Origin: Vicugna vicugna
Lineage: Eukaryota
Assembly (NCBI GenBank): GCA_013265495.1
Contig: MU058198.1
Span: forward strand, 186,001 to 250,000
Reading direction: 5' to 3'
Length of the DNA: 64,000 nucleotides
The notes beneath the pieces were generated by a model that did no database searches, had not been told where the DNA came from, and saw nothing but the letters and a program-made list of their open reading frames with translations. The position numbers were made by a program, and so were the translations under genes. Shown here in pieces: positions 63,850 through 64,000 of the stretch. The number at the start of each line of letters is the position of its first letter. Position 1 is the stretch's first letter.

Positions 63850-64000
63850 GGGGGAAGGGATAGCTCAGTGGTAGAGTGCATTGAAGCTCCTGGGTTCAAT
63901 CCCCAGTACCTCCATTAAACAAATAAACAAACCAACCTAATTACCCCCTCCCCAAGAAAGAACAAAAAGAACAAATAAAAACTAAAAAATAAAAAGCTAA
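63850..64000 (+). mobile_element. Vic-1-like SINE with an internal deletion, tail runs to the window edge
   Basis: GGGGAAGGGATAGCTCAGTGGTAGAGTGCAT...CCTGGGTTCAATCCCCAGTACCTCC...CCTAATTACCCCC plus an A-rich tail. Confidence 0.85.

Overview
Mammalian genomic DNA, most likely a camelid (camel/alpaca/llama). That call rests on eight copies of a tRNA-headed SINE resembling the camelid Vic-1 family and on the absence of recognisable Alu or Bov-A/BovB elements. The window is repeat-rich (L1, L2, MIR, MLT/ERVL LTRs, hAT MITEs). The only protein-coding gene I can support is CLEC19A on the minus strand. Four coding exons (63695-63530, 60950-60857, 57399-57267, 56004-55925) splice in frame through GT-AG sites into a complete long-form C-type lectin domain with QPD and WND motifs; the signal-peptide exon lies beyond the right edge. 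At the left end a CpG-rich patch with a minus-strand donor (~9.85-10.05 kb) and a well-formed minus-strand exon (2540-2396) are candidate 5' UTR exons of the next gene, TMC5 by recalled human synteny. Other notable items: a decayed env-carrying ERV (MER76-like LTR, env and integrase relics), an old LTR with a CpG-island-like core, two same-orientation CTCF motifs and a chimeric L1 insertion. I found no convincing new multi-gene system. Repeat family names are from recalled consensus sequences, not a database search. Almost all ORFs in the supplied track are spurious.
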